Source: Saprolegnia diclina VS20
Lineage: Eukaryota
Direction: 5' to 3'
Length of the DNA stretch: 48,138 nucleotides
Assembly: GCF_000281045.1 (NCBI RefSeq)
Contig: NW_008246089.1
Span: 492,933-541,070, forward strand
Shown: positions 39,601 to 48,138 of the stretch, one piece after another
Layout of the letters: each line of letters begins with the position of its first letter
Position numbering within the stretch: position 1 is the stretch's first letter
Notes under the pieces: generated by a model
Databases searched by the model: none
The model's input: the letters and a program-made list of their open reading frames with translations, nothing else
Told to the model about the DNA's origin: nothing
Translations under genes and position numbers: made by a program

Positions 39601-40561
39601 CCTTTGCGGACTGGTGGCGCTCCGGCATCGCCACGAGCTCAGCTTTGGCCTCCTCGGGCTTTTGATCACGTATGTTCTCGCCATGCCGGCCAATCTGAGC
39701 TACCTCGCGACGGTGTGGTCGCAGCTCGAAGCTGCGATGCGGTCGCCCGAGCGCCTCCAAGAGTATATGGCGATCGAGTCTGAAGGCGACGCGACAACGA
39801 CACTTGCCAACTGGCCCACGAATGGTGCCATCACGTTTGACGATGTGAGTTTTCANNNNNNNNNNNNNNNNNNNNNNNNNNNNNNNNNNNNNNNNNNNNN
39901 NNNNNNNNNNNNNNNNNNNNNNNNNNNNNNNNNNNNNNNNNNNNNNNNNNNNNNNNNNNNNNNNNNNNNNNNNNNNNNNNNNNNNNNNNNNNNNNNNNNN
40001 NNNNNNNNNNNNNNNNNNNNNNNNNNNNNNNNNNNNNNNNNNNNNNNNNNNNNNNNNNNNNNNNNNNNNNNNNNNNNNNNNNNNNNNNNNNNNNNNNNNN
40101 NNNNNNNNNNNNNNNNNNNNNNNNNNNNNNNNNNNNNNNNNNNNNNNNNNNNNNNNNNNNNNNNNNNNNNNNNNNNNNNNNNNNNNNNNNNNNNNNNNNN
40201 NNNNNNNNNNNNNNNNNNNNNNNNNNNNNNNNNNNNNNNNNNNNNNNNNNNNNNNNNNNNNNNNNNNNNNNNNNNNNNNNNNNNNNNNNNNNNNNNNNNN
40301 NNNNNNNNNNNNNNNNNNNNNNNNNNNNNNNNNNNNNNNNNNNNNNNNNNNNNNNNNNNNNNNNNNNNNNNNNNNNNNNNNNNNNNNNNNNNNNNNNNNN
40401 NNNNNNNNNNNNNNNNNNNNATGCTCGCCTGCGACCGGATTCTGGTCCTTGACCAGGGGGCTCTTGTGCACAGCGGGTCTCCGAAGGCGCTCTTCAAGCA
40501 GCGCCACGAGCTCTTCCTGGAGCTCCTTCGCGAGGGCGGCTACACTGGCAAGCTACCCTAA
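36611..40561 (+). CDS. ABCC/MRP-type full-length ABC transporter (TMD-NBD-TMD-NBD); most of NBD2 lies in the assembly gap
   Basis: Lasso-like SRLVFGWAKPL..G..RKL..DDL, TMD1, Walker A GAIGQGKSS, AYVAQQAWIQNSTIRENILFG, LVTH, TMD2, SPERLQEY, WPTNGAITFDDVSF, and post-gap CDRILVLDQG. Confidence 0.9.
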   Translation: MYRTFTAVAAHPTETAGAVSRLVFGWAKPLLFVGNQRKLSPDDLYPLPLASQVGPLTLHFADVYEHKDGGLLATFFSIYWGRFLCIGLFQSLSVLGDLYGPGYVLGALLRAVAAPVIDLQAVLTLIGSLYLVQLVNAFLKAHLAYMNENLGLQFSSSLRAMLFEKVLRLRAVASSTSVAKEKMAADIANLISTDTINVMGFAMSMHAMWIVPLQIAAVLYLLYSNVGWAIFVGLGVVAIILVINAIAAMLMGAEQARCFELKNDRMAVLQQVLAAIQTIKMDALEAEYEAKIKALRGLELASIHTLMRIILVLLSFMNCTLILVTLAVVATFTLWMQQALTVTIIFSTLALFKPLQDALVNLPIALMAMVQSLTSVQRINDILLLDEVSAASVWGPSHPLAAMYANEGVVVAIETGSFAWHATSGPTLRNLHLRLRRGELVVLHGAIGQGKSSLLAALLGEMQKLGGSVFVGGSVAYVAQQAWIQNSTIRENILFGKPYDRATYQKVLDACALTKDVATLGDMNEMGPKGVILTASQKARIALARAVCSDADIFLLDAPLAALDPSLASEVFTKCILGLLAKKTVLLVTHNMEIIQSPSVRRSLLLQGGRLHETSRDPPKMLRRAVSSVVASKPRTLHRATSSAMDAKPESVRPLQRMASSVAETKPARALHRAVSAAVEAKSDMPQRRLHDLLGSPSQQSMRSLQLPEMLEPLAEDAPSVTESSRLLLDDENDDDDGDGHVSTAIVGGYVRAMGGCVAVTTIVLLTMSLQLLKIGGDFWLTHWAMTPDETATFGYAPMTLYAALALGSCVFVILQTYAVIAFGLRASQHMFGAMLSALLAAPMRFFASTSTDAVCSRCSDDVVACDFSIPFTLGPILFEVSSFLATLLTTLFMTRWPALLVLPLLYLDYKLGAFYLEPLHEVHRLENASRAPLLQAIAEAIDGATTLRAFKETARVEASATLKIEAFGQARAVATALNAWFALRMSLVSSTIVAAFLCGLVALRHRHELSFGLLGLLITYVLAMPANLSYLATVWSQLEAAMRSPERLQEYMAIESEGDATTTLANWPTNGAITFDDVSFXXXXXXXXXXXXXXXXXXXXXXXXXXXXXXXXXXXXXXXXXXXXXXXXXXXXXXXXXXXXXXXXXXXXXXXXXXXXXXXXXXXXXXXXXXXXXXXXXXXXXXXXXXXXXXXXXXXXXXXXXXXXXXXXXXXXXXXXXXXXXXXXXXXXXXXXXXXXXXXXXXXXXXXXXXXXXXXXXXXXXXXXXXXXXMLACDRILVLDQGALVHSGSPKALFKQRHELFLELLREGGYTGKLP
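39856..40420. other. Assembly gap (N run)
   Basis: Run of n characters. Confidence 1.
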
Positions 40562-41696
40562 CCTAACGTGCGACGGGACTTGATAATTTTCAAAAGCTTT
40601 CCATGAGTCTGTTGTTGCTGTACCTTGTTGAAGGTGGTACGCCATGTGAAGGAATTTCGAGCTCGCTGTCCGAGCTCGTTCCGGTGGCAGGTTGGGGCAA
40701 GGAGGTGTGGGCAGGACAGGACCTGCCCTTGTAACCCTGCAACGGGCCTGCGCGCTGGCGACTTGCTTGGCCGAACGAACGCCACCAACGCGGGCAGCTG
40801 CAGATGAGTTAGCTTCGATTCCTGCCCCAATGCCGAACGTAACACGGCAGCGCGCCACGTCATAGCCCGCGCGTCGCTATCATTTTCCTTGCCTTCCAGA
40901 TTCGCTGACAAGGGACTCAGAGGTTGCCGTTGGTGGTCGGTTCAGCGCGACGCCACCAAAGGCAGACAGATTATCCGAGTTGGACGACACCCTGCGGCCT
41001 TTTGCCCTTTGTCGCCTGGTCGCTTCGTGGGGCCAGATCCATCCGGACGCCTTGCAACCCCAACATCCCAATGGAGGGGCCCACTGGGAGGGGCCTACTG
41101 AAAATAGAAATGCACCTCCTACTGGCCCATCTCACGCGCCGCTGAAGGGACGCAGGATCGTCTACAGCGCTCGTTTATAACGCGAAGCATATTTGATGAC
41201 GTCGAGCGGTATCGTCATCGCGTCCAAGTTGCTTCGCGACAGCCGAGTCGTCAACTGCTGGTATGCTGTTACGAGTGGGCTGTTACCACGCCGTGACGAT
41301 GCGGCGCCGCCGACTGGTTTCCGGTACATTGCATGCACAGATTGCAAACGTCTGCAGAAGGGCACTATTACATATTATAGAGGCATCCAGCACTCGTACG
41401 GTTTGAGATCGAGACGGCGTCGTCGCCAAGAGTGCTACACAGCATTACATGGTGGCAGCCGTTTGCGCGGTCGCGCGTTTTGCTTGGCCACCCACCGCGT
41501 TGTATCTGAAGGGGGTGGCACAAAAACGAATGCCGATACCGGATTGGCTGCTTTTGTACCTTCAAGAACTCCAAATATACTTGAAGGCCCGGCGACGGAC
41601 GCTTCGCCGGAGTCTGTATCTCTCTTCCTCCCCTCGCTTCATGGCCTCTCCTCGTTGATGCAACAACCACTCCTCGATTGCATCACGACTTCTTCC

Positions 41697-43027
41697 ATGT
41701 CCCTCCGGCTGCCGCAGAGTCCGCCCAGGTACAGTGCCATCCTTCTGCTGCATGGGCTAAGAAGGGCTGTAGCGTACCGCTAGTTGGGAAGCGCCGGCCG
41801 GCCGAGTCGCCGCGGCCATCGGTCGACCTCGAGCAAAGCGCCGTGCGCATCGACCGCCGGCGCAGTGGCAGCTCGCCGCCCAAGCCTGCGCGCGTGACGT
41901 CGCCAGGAAAGCACGCGCCTGAAACCACCGGCATGCTCCTTGTGAAAGACACGACCACGGAATGGACCAAGGTACATGACCTTGCCACGACTTGGCGCAC
42001 TCATGCATTGCGTAGCGCTGGTGCCAGCTCGTGGGCTCGACCTTGTCGATCTACGACACACCGTCCAGCTCGGCGCCGTGGCACCAACTCGACATGTCGT
42101 ACCGCACGATCGTGCGCGTGGCACCGACATCGCCAACGTCCAGCGCAGCGCATTATACGTTCTCTCTTGCCCAAGGCGGCAGCGTACGCGACCCGAAGGT
42201 TACCAACGGCTCACGTATAGTCCTTGTAGGAGGCGGCGATCGTGCTCTGCCGCGCCGACTCGGCCGCGGACCTGACCATGTGGGCCGACGCGCTCTCGCC
42301 GTACGCGCAAAAGGTGCAGCAAACGGCCAAGAAGCAGCGGTTCGAGGCGCCGTTCAGCCAAACCGAGTTTGTGACGCACAAGGTCGCGTCGGTGCCCCTC
42401 AAAATGCTGCATTTGATCCTGATCCGGCACGGCCACTACGTCCACGCCCACACCAAACACGCGCGCGACAGCGAAAAAGTGCTGTCGCACATTGGTCGGC
42501 AGCAAGCCGAGCTCGTGGGCCAGCAGCTCCAAGCCATGAGCGCGCCGTCCCGCGACGACCTCCTCATTCTGCACAGCGACATGCACCGTGCGATGGAAAC
42601 CGCAAGTATCATTGGCGACTTCTTCCCCGACTGCGCACTCTCGTGCACGCCGCTGCTGCGCGAAGGCTGGCCGGGCAACCCGTCGCCAACCGACGCCAAC
42701 GCCAACGTATTGTCGCCCAAAGAGCAAGCGATCGAAGACGACCGGCTCGACGCAGCGTACCGAGCTCTCATTTCGATTGACGACGAAGGTGCCGTCGAAG
42801 GACCCCATGGGTGCCGCGTTGTCGTCTGCCATGCGAATTTGATCCGGTATTTTTTGTGCCGCGCGCTTGGCATTTCGCCCGTCGGCGTGTGGGGCCAGTT
42901 TGAGATCAACCACTGCAGCATCACGCGCCTCGACATTGGCTCCAACGGCGCGTGCAAGGTGCTCAGTGTCAACGAGTGCGGCCATTTGCCCACGTCGCTG
43001 CGCACGTCGAGCGAAGACCACTTGTAG
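41697..43027 (+). CDS. PH domain fused to PGAM5-like histidine phosphatase, 4 exons (alternative start 41658)
   Basis: Introns 41729-41772, 41972-42015 and 42184-42229 splice in frame to GMLLVK..EWTKRWCQLVGSTLSIY..YTFSL..LCRADSAADLTMWADAL (PH pattern). This is followed by LILIRHGHY, HSDMHRAMETA, LLREG.P, VVCHANLIRYFLCRAL and NHCSIT (PGAM5 pattern). Confidence 0.85.
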
Positions 43028-43105
43028 CGAGTTCTCGACGCGTCTAACTTATCGTTGCTTTGTACACCATATTTCGGAATTATGGCCGCGGTGGCGCCAG
43101 CAAAT

Positions 43106-43954
43106 CTACTTTTCGGCGCGGATCCGGGCCTTGTACTCGCTCGTTGTCTCGAAATCGTCGCCCTGGCTCCACATCTTGAGCTTCTTGGCCTTGGCTTTGG
43201 CTTCGAGCTTGTCGTACGTAGCTTGCTTGCCGCCGTAGACCGCGCCGGTTTGCCGGTACACGTTGGCAAGACCCATTTTGAGCAGCTCCTCGGACGCGTC
43301 CTTCTTGAACGGCCCCCAGCCATACTCGACAAGGCACACTAGAGCAAGCAACATTCAATACGAACGATAGACAAAAGAGGGAGAGATACCAGCACGGGCG
43401 TACTGATCCTTCTGCAGCAGCGTGAGCGTCAGCTTGCGGTTCTCGAGCAGCTTGGTCAGGTGCGCCTTGGCTTCGTCGCCAAAGGGCTGCCCTTGGTTGC
43501 CAAACTTGGCCGTCTCGGGCGTATCTAAACGGTACGTAAAGAAAGACTTATGAGAAGGACATGTCGTACCAATTGCGCAGAGGCGAATCTGCAACGTCTG
43601 CTCCGAGAGCTTGCCGTCCATGGGCCCCAGGCCGCGGAAGAGCGGAAGGTGGCGCACGCGCAGCGTATCGCCGTCGCTAAAGTTGATGGCTTTGGCCTTG
43701 ATCTTGCGCTGCTGCTGGAACATAAAGTTGGGAATGTCTTCGACCGTCGCAAAGCGCGTAAAAGGCGCCCGGAGCCGCGGCAAAACAAGCCCGAGACCGA
43801 GACCGAGAAGGAAGGCACCGCCGATCTGGAGGTGCGTGTTGTCGAGAAGCTGCACCGGCAGCAAGTGCTTTCGACCGTCGACCATCTGCTGCATCTGCGT
43901 CCGCACGCGCGTCCACTCGGCCTCGGCCGCCTTCTGAATCGCCTCCAAGTCCAT
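43106..43954 (-). CDS. Staphylococcal-nuclease-fold endonuclease (LCL3-like) with N-terminal TM helix; introns 43525-43569 and 43339-43389
   Basis: SDGDTLRVRH, IRLCAIDTPE, GQPFGDEAK, DQYARAV, LLKMGLA.VY and EAKAKAKKLKMWSQ are SNase/LCL3 motifs. Confidence 0.88.
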
Positions 43955-44581
43955 CGACGCTGTAGAAAAGTGCAGTCGGCGGTGATCGCCATCACCAATA
44001 GCCAATGGCATCGCGTATTCGCCGGTTTTTCAAAACATTTGCACCAATCACATCTTTGGTTCAGGACGCTCTTGGCGGGTTGTCGCTACTAGTAAGATCG
44101 GGCGATGAACCCGTCCCTGCATTGTATTGATTAGACAAGATGTCGTCCGTCTGAGCACCAAGGTGGAAACGTCAAGCGGAATTCCGGAGCCAACTTGGGC
44201 CCGAGTCTGCTCCGCGTATCGCCACCAACACTGGCTTGACGACGGATCCTTTGCCCTCTGGACGGAATGCTTGCTGCCCAGCAATCGCTAGCTCGGCGCT
44301 GGCATCGCTCTCCACTACGGGAGAGCAGTAGTACCCGATCGAAACGATCGAATCTTGGTGGCCAGCTGCAGCGCCACGATGGCACAACAGCATGTACCCA
44401 AGCCAGCGCGCCAATTTTAAACTTGGTGTTTGTATGCAGCCACCGCCAGGGCAAACACAATTCGACCAATCAGCGCGCGACGGCAGATTCCTCAGCAGAA
44501 AGGACACGGCGCCAGCTGGTGCAAAGTCGGGCGACGTTGTCGTCATCCGCGGACCGAGCGCATTCGTCAAGGACCACGAGG

Positions 44582-46750
44582 ATGCAGCACCACTGGCGTA
44601 GCCCGCAGCTGCTTGTGCTGCTGCTATTTGTGCTGCTCTTGGCCCCTGAGACGCACGCCAAGTGGACAGCGACCGAGAACGACACGTTCTACATTGGCAA
44701 CGACATCAAGGTCACGCACCAAGCGTCGCCTGGCGCGTGCAAGCGCGACTGCGCCGCCGTCGTCGGCTGCGTCCTGTATGTCTGGGAGCCGCGCGACGGT
44801 GGCACATGCTTGCTCAAGAGCCACAAGGGCGTGCAGGCGCCGCTGCCCGGCGTGCAAGCTGCCACCCTCGTGCATCAATCGATCGACGCGAAGAACTTGG
44901 TCCCACGCGGGCGGCTCGACCACCGCGCGATCGAGTTTGGCATTGACGGCGACGCACCGCTGCCGCGCGTGCCGTATCATTACGTGGTCGGTGCGCAGTG
45001 GAATGTCTTCTTCCCGCGCGCACTATACACGGCCGTCTTCAACGCCAGCGAGCGCGTCTTTGATCCCGAATTCACGCTGTCATCGGACGTCGAGATCCCG
45101 TCGCCGTACGCGGCCGTCGAGTCGATTGGCGAGTGCGCGCGCATTGCTGCATCCCAGGACTTTGCCTTCTTCACGTACCTTCCGTCGCCGCAGCTGTGCG
45201 TGCCGGTGGCCTTTCCCAACACCAACCCGAATGGCGACCGCGCCGCCGTCTTGCGGCACCCCCTGGCCGGTGCCCACGTCACGATGAGATACCCGAAAAA
45301 AGTGCCGTCGTCGTTCACACACGCGGCGCCGAACGCTACGAGTGCCGAGGCGTGCCTCGCGGCGTGCGAAGCCGCAACGTCGACCTGCGTCGGGTATCAC
45401 TTCATGAAGGGGTCATGTGCGCTGGTGGCGCCGCGGCCCGCACCGTCCGACGTCGTTGCTGGCTGGGTGCACCAAGACGTTGCGCACGAAGAAGACGTGA
45501 TGATCCGCATGGCGTACATGCCGGGATTTGCGCTCACGGGGTACGTCGAGCGACAGGGCCCGAAGAAGCCGTCGCGCTACGACTGCGGCGAGTGGGTCGA
45601 GATCACGCAGCACACGTTCTTCCACTACGACGAGGCGACGGGCGCCTGCGCGTACTTTGACCCAGCGCCGTCGTCGACCAACAAGACGATCCAGCTCCAG
45701 TATACGCGCAACGAGCTGTTGCAGCTGCCGGGGCACCTCCCAACGACCCCGGTTCTGGCGACGCTCTCGGCGCCAACGGCATCGGCCTGCGACGCGCTGT
45801 GCCTCCCGGCCAAGGACAATTGCTTCGCGACCGTCTTTGACGCGGTGACGCGCGAGTGCGTCTTGCACACGCCGACGCCAGACCCGGCACGCACGCTCGC
45901 GTGGCTCGCACCGCGACGGCTCCTCGACAATCTGCAGACAGTCACGGAAGCGCATTTTTTCGTCACGGCGCACCAAGACGACCACGAGCTCTTCATGGCC
46001 GAGACCGTGCTGCAGCGTCTCAACGCGACAACCTCGAAAGCCGTCTTTGTCTACGTGACGGCGGGCGACGCCAACGAGACCAACGGCTGGTGGGAAGCGC
46101 GTGAGACGGGCACCTTGGCCGCGTCCAAAGCGTGGGTCGAGGCGCTCGGGCTCTTCAACTCGCGCGTTCGCATCGAAACCATCTTTCTCGCGCAGCACAG
46201 CGTGCACAAGGCGACGATCGGCAACGCAGTGCACTACTTTTTACGGCTCACCGAGGCCGCGGTCGAAGCCTTCATGTTGCGCAAGGAGCTCGCAGTGCCG
46301 CCTGTCGACCGGCCGAGCGAGCGCTATCACCGTCTCGACGACATCAAGGAGGTTCTGCACGCCATCATGTACCGCGAAAGCAACCGGATCCCGACCGTGA
46401 CGCTGGCGACGCACGAATTCAAAGGGTTTGCAGCCGACGATATTGGCGTCGACCACGAGCTGCATGAACGTACGGGCGAAATGCTGGACGAGATTGTGGC
46501 CACGTCAAGTGACTTTGGTAACTGCGTCGCTCGGACCTTCTACTACGGCTACCAGCGCTGGCTGCACCCAAGAAATATGTCGCCGGTCGCCACGCGCCTC
46601 CAGCGGCACGTGTGGGCAAGCGTCTCGAGCGACATGTTTGACGAGCACAAGATTTTCTACCCTGTTTGGCTCGACCACGCGCAGCACCTCGGTCGACAGT
46701 ATATCTCCCGCACGATTGCCGCCAATGGCAAGTGCAAAGTTGATTTTTAG
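44582..46750 (+). CDS. Secreted PAN/apple-repeat protein with C-terminal PIG-L/LmbE-like deacetylase domain (copy B)
   Basis: Signal peptide MQHHWRSPQLLVLLLFVLLLAPETHA. Same architecture and motifs as 29586-31736. Confidence 0.8.
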   Translation: MQHHWRSPQLLVLLLFVLLLAPETHAKWTATENDTFYIGNDIKVTHQASPGACKRDCAAVVGCVLYVWEPRDGGTCLLKSHKGVQAPLPGVQAATLVHQSIDAKNLVPRGRLDHRAIEFGIDGDAPLPRVPYHYVVGAQWNVFFPRALYTAVFNASERVFDPEFTLSSDVEIPSPYAAVESIGECARIAASQDFAFFTYLPSPQLCVPVAFPNTNPNGDRAAVLRHPLAGAHVTMRYPKKVPSSFTHAAPNATSAEACLAACEAATSTCVGYHFMKGSCALVAPRPAPSDVVAGWVHQDVAHEEDVMIRMAYMPGFALTGYVERQGPKKPSRYDCGEWVEITQHTFFHYDEATGACAYFDPAPSSTNKTIQLQYTRNELLQLPGHLPTTPVLATLSAPTASACDALCLPAKDNCFATVFDAVTRECVLHTPTPDPARTLAWLAPRRLLDNLQTVTEAHFFVTAHQDDHELFMAETVLQRLNATTSKAVFVYVTAGDANETNGWWEARETGTLAASKAWVEALGLFNSRVRIETIFLAQHSVHKATIGNAVHYFLRLTEAAVEAFMLRKELAVPPVDRPSERYHRLDDIKEVLHAIMYRESNRIPTVTLATHEFKGFAADDIGVDHELHERTGEMLDEIVATSSDFGNCVARTFYYGYQRWLHPRNMSPVATRLQRHVWASVSSDMFDEHKIFYPVWLDHAQHLGRQYISRTIAANGKCKVDF
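45095..46433 (+). repeat. Right arm of near-identical 1339-bp inverted repeat (partner 29903-31241)
   Basis: Direct comparison with the reverse complement of 29903-31241. Confidence 0.95.
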
Positions 46751-47157
46751 ATTAGGAACCGATTTCGTCATTTTGATTTTATTAACCTCCTGCAACATTC
46801 TCCCAATTTGGACGAGTGGACACCATTGTCATCCAGTCAAAAACGCAGGAGCGCGTTACGTGTTGCAGCAGCGGTGCGGCTCGAGGGGACCTTCCACTAT
46901 AGCTCCTCGGCCTGTCTCGCCCGCGTTTGCTCTTGGGACGTAGGCGCGACCCGGCGAGCGACTATGACGCAGAAGGAGCTGCTATTCTCGTCTCTACTGC
47001 GTACTGCATAGAAGGCGAGGTACCACCAAGGACAACGCGCAACACGTTATAGTCGGCGTCGAGCCATTTGCCCTTCCCAAGGCCATTCCCATTGAAGCGC
47101 ATCGAGTTTGGTAGTGGTGGCATGTCAATCGTATTGATTGCTATTGTTTCGTTGGCG

Positions 47158-47995
47158 ATGCAAAGGAGGAGCCGCGATTGGACTGACGCCGACGACGTCA
47201 TCTTGCTCCGGGAGGTGGCAAACAAAAAGCCCTTCCTGGCGCGCCATGGCTTGATCGCAGGCTCGTGGATGCGCGTCGTGTCCAAGGTCGTCGACACTGA
47301 CGGCTTTGCGCACGCGAGCTTGCACTCTACGAAGGCGCAGACGCGATTCTTGGCGCTCATGAGCAACCATCGGAGCGATAGCGATAGCGAGTCGCTCCAA
47401 TCCAAGTGCTCGAAGGTCTACGCCGAGAAGCACTCGTTTCGGGACACCCCCCTGCCTTTATGGAGCCAAGAAGAAGAAGAAGAAGCCACTGACCACCGAC
47501 TCGCAGCAGGCGAAGACACGTCCAACGCCAGCATCGAGCTGTGACGTGCACACACGCGAAGCGCTGCGTCAAGAAGAGCTGCATCAAGAAGAGCTGCGTC
47601 CGGAAGAACTGCGCCGCGAAGAGCAAGAGGAGGACGCCGAGCGCCAGATGGCAACTGAACGAGACGACGACGAGAACGCCTTGCAGCGCAATGGTGCCCT
47701 ATTGGCGCCGCCTGACCACGCATTGCTCGCCAATTTTGCCAACGACGACGCTGAGACGGCCTCGGAGGACATTGATGCGGTCGTTCAGCCCGCACCAGAG
47801 AAGCGCAAGACGACTCGCAAGGCTCCCAACGACGACGAGCATGCGAAGATGTTTCAACTCATGCTCCACGAGCTGCGCGACGAGCGACAAGAGCGCATGG
47901 AGCTGGCCCGTACTATGGAACACGAACGTATGATGCTGGCGCTGCAATCCCTCGCCAAAATCATCGAGGCGAGGTCCAATGTAAACAATGTCTGA
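47158..47995 (+). pseudogene. Myb/SANT-like (trihelix-type) DNA-binding protein with coiled-coil tail, split by a frameshift near 47445-47460
   Basis: WTDADDVILLREVANKKPF.A..G....SW..V...KAQTRF..L...HR is a Myb-like helix pattern. The first frame stops at 47544, while the next frame is open from before 47460 (YGAKKKKKKP..) to 47995. Confidence 0.55.
47564..47623 (+). repeat. 4 x 15-bp imperfect coding tandem repeat (LRQEE/LHQEE/LRPEE/LRREE)
   Basis: CTGCGTCAAGAAGAG CTGCATCAAGAAGAG CTGCGTCCGGAAGAA CTGCGCCGCGAAGAG. Confidence 0.85.
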
Positions 47996-48138
47996 GCGAC
48001 GGTGATTGACGTTGCTGTACATTTTTTAACATTTTTTAAACAAGCCACAGAGCCTTTTTGGCTGGATTTGGGTGACGCCATTCCAAGGGCACCTGGTGCC
48101 TTAGGCGGAGCGGCTTGCCGCGACGCCCGCAGGGCCAT

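Noticed and set aside
41073..41100. 14-bp tandem duplication GGAGGGGCC[C/T]ACTG x2
   Set aside because: Only two units in intergenic DNA; no evidence of function.
44267..44581. 105-aa N-terminal extension of the PAN/PIG-L copy B ORF
   Set aside because: Precedes a clear signal peptide at ATG 44582 and is unrelated to the copy A extension; likely UTR or promoter.
29586..46750. Composite-transposon interpretation of the inverted repeat
   Set aside because: The arms are internal parts of enzyme genes, with no transposase, terminal repeats or target-site duplication.
46808..47150. Possible Harbinger transposase remnant upstream of the Myb-like gene
   Set aside because: No DDE-type motifs recognisable in any frame.
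1..48138. CRISPR arrays, tRNA/rRNA genes, prokaryotic operons or defence systems
   Set aside because: No repeat-spacer array or RNA-gene pattern was seen, and spliceosomal introns show the DNA is eukaryotic. Small ncRNAs cannot be excluded without a covariance-model search.

Overview
This window is eukaryotic and almost certainly from an oomycete. Saprolegniales (Saprolegnia-like) is the most likely group. That assignment is inferred from GC3-rich codon use, 43-61 nt GT-AG introns, oomycete INR+FPR core promoters, elicitin-like and CBEL-type PAN domains, and a giant multi-TM protein family. The window is gene-dense, with about 18 genes, two disrupted genes and two N-gaps (573-1307, 39856-40420). 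In order: a frameshifted copy of a giant multi-TM family; three tandem membrane-anchored double-elicitin-like genes; a small PX-domain gene; a TM-RanBP2 zinc finger-HECT E3 ligase; SEC63; an apparently inactivated BED-finger/hAT transposase derivative; an Spt20-like gene; a WRKY19-like Cys/His-repeat protein; a divergent actin-related protein; an intact 1700-aa internally duplicated multi-TM protein; a second TM-RanBP2-HECT ligase; a secreted PAN-repeat/PIG-L-like deacetylase; a FadE-type acyl-CoA dehydrogenase; a degenerate ABCC transporter; a PH-PGAM5-like phosphatase fusion; an LCL3/SNase-like nuclease; an inverted near-identical second copy of the PAN/PIG-L gene; and a frameshifted Myb/SANT-like gene. 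The strongest candidates for new biology are the inverted, apparently gene-converted PAN-deacetylase pair, the elicitin-fold membrane proteins with endocytic tails, the membrane-anchored HECT pair and the PH-PGAM5 fusion. All domain calls come from motif recognition by eye; no searches were run. No rRNA, tRNA or CRISPR array was recognised.
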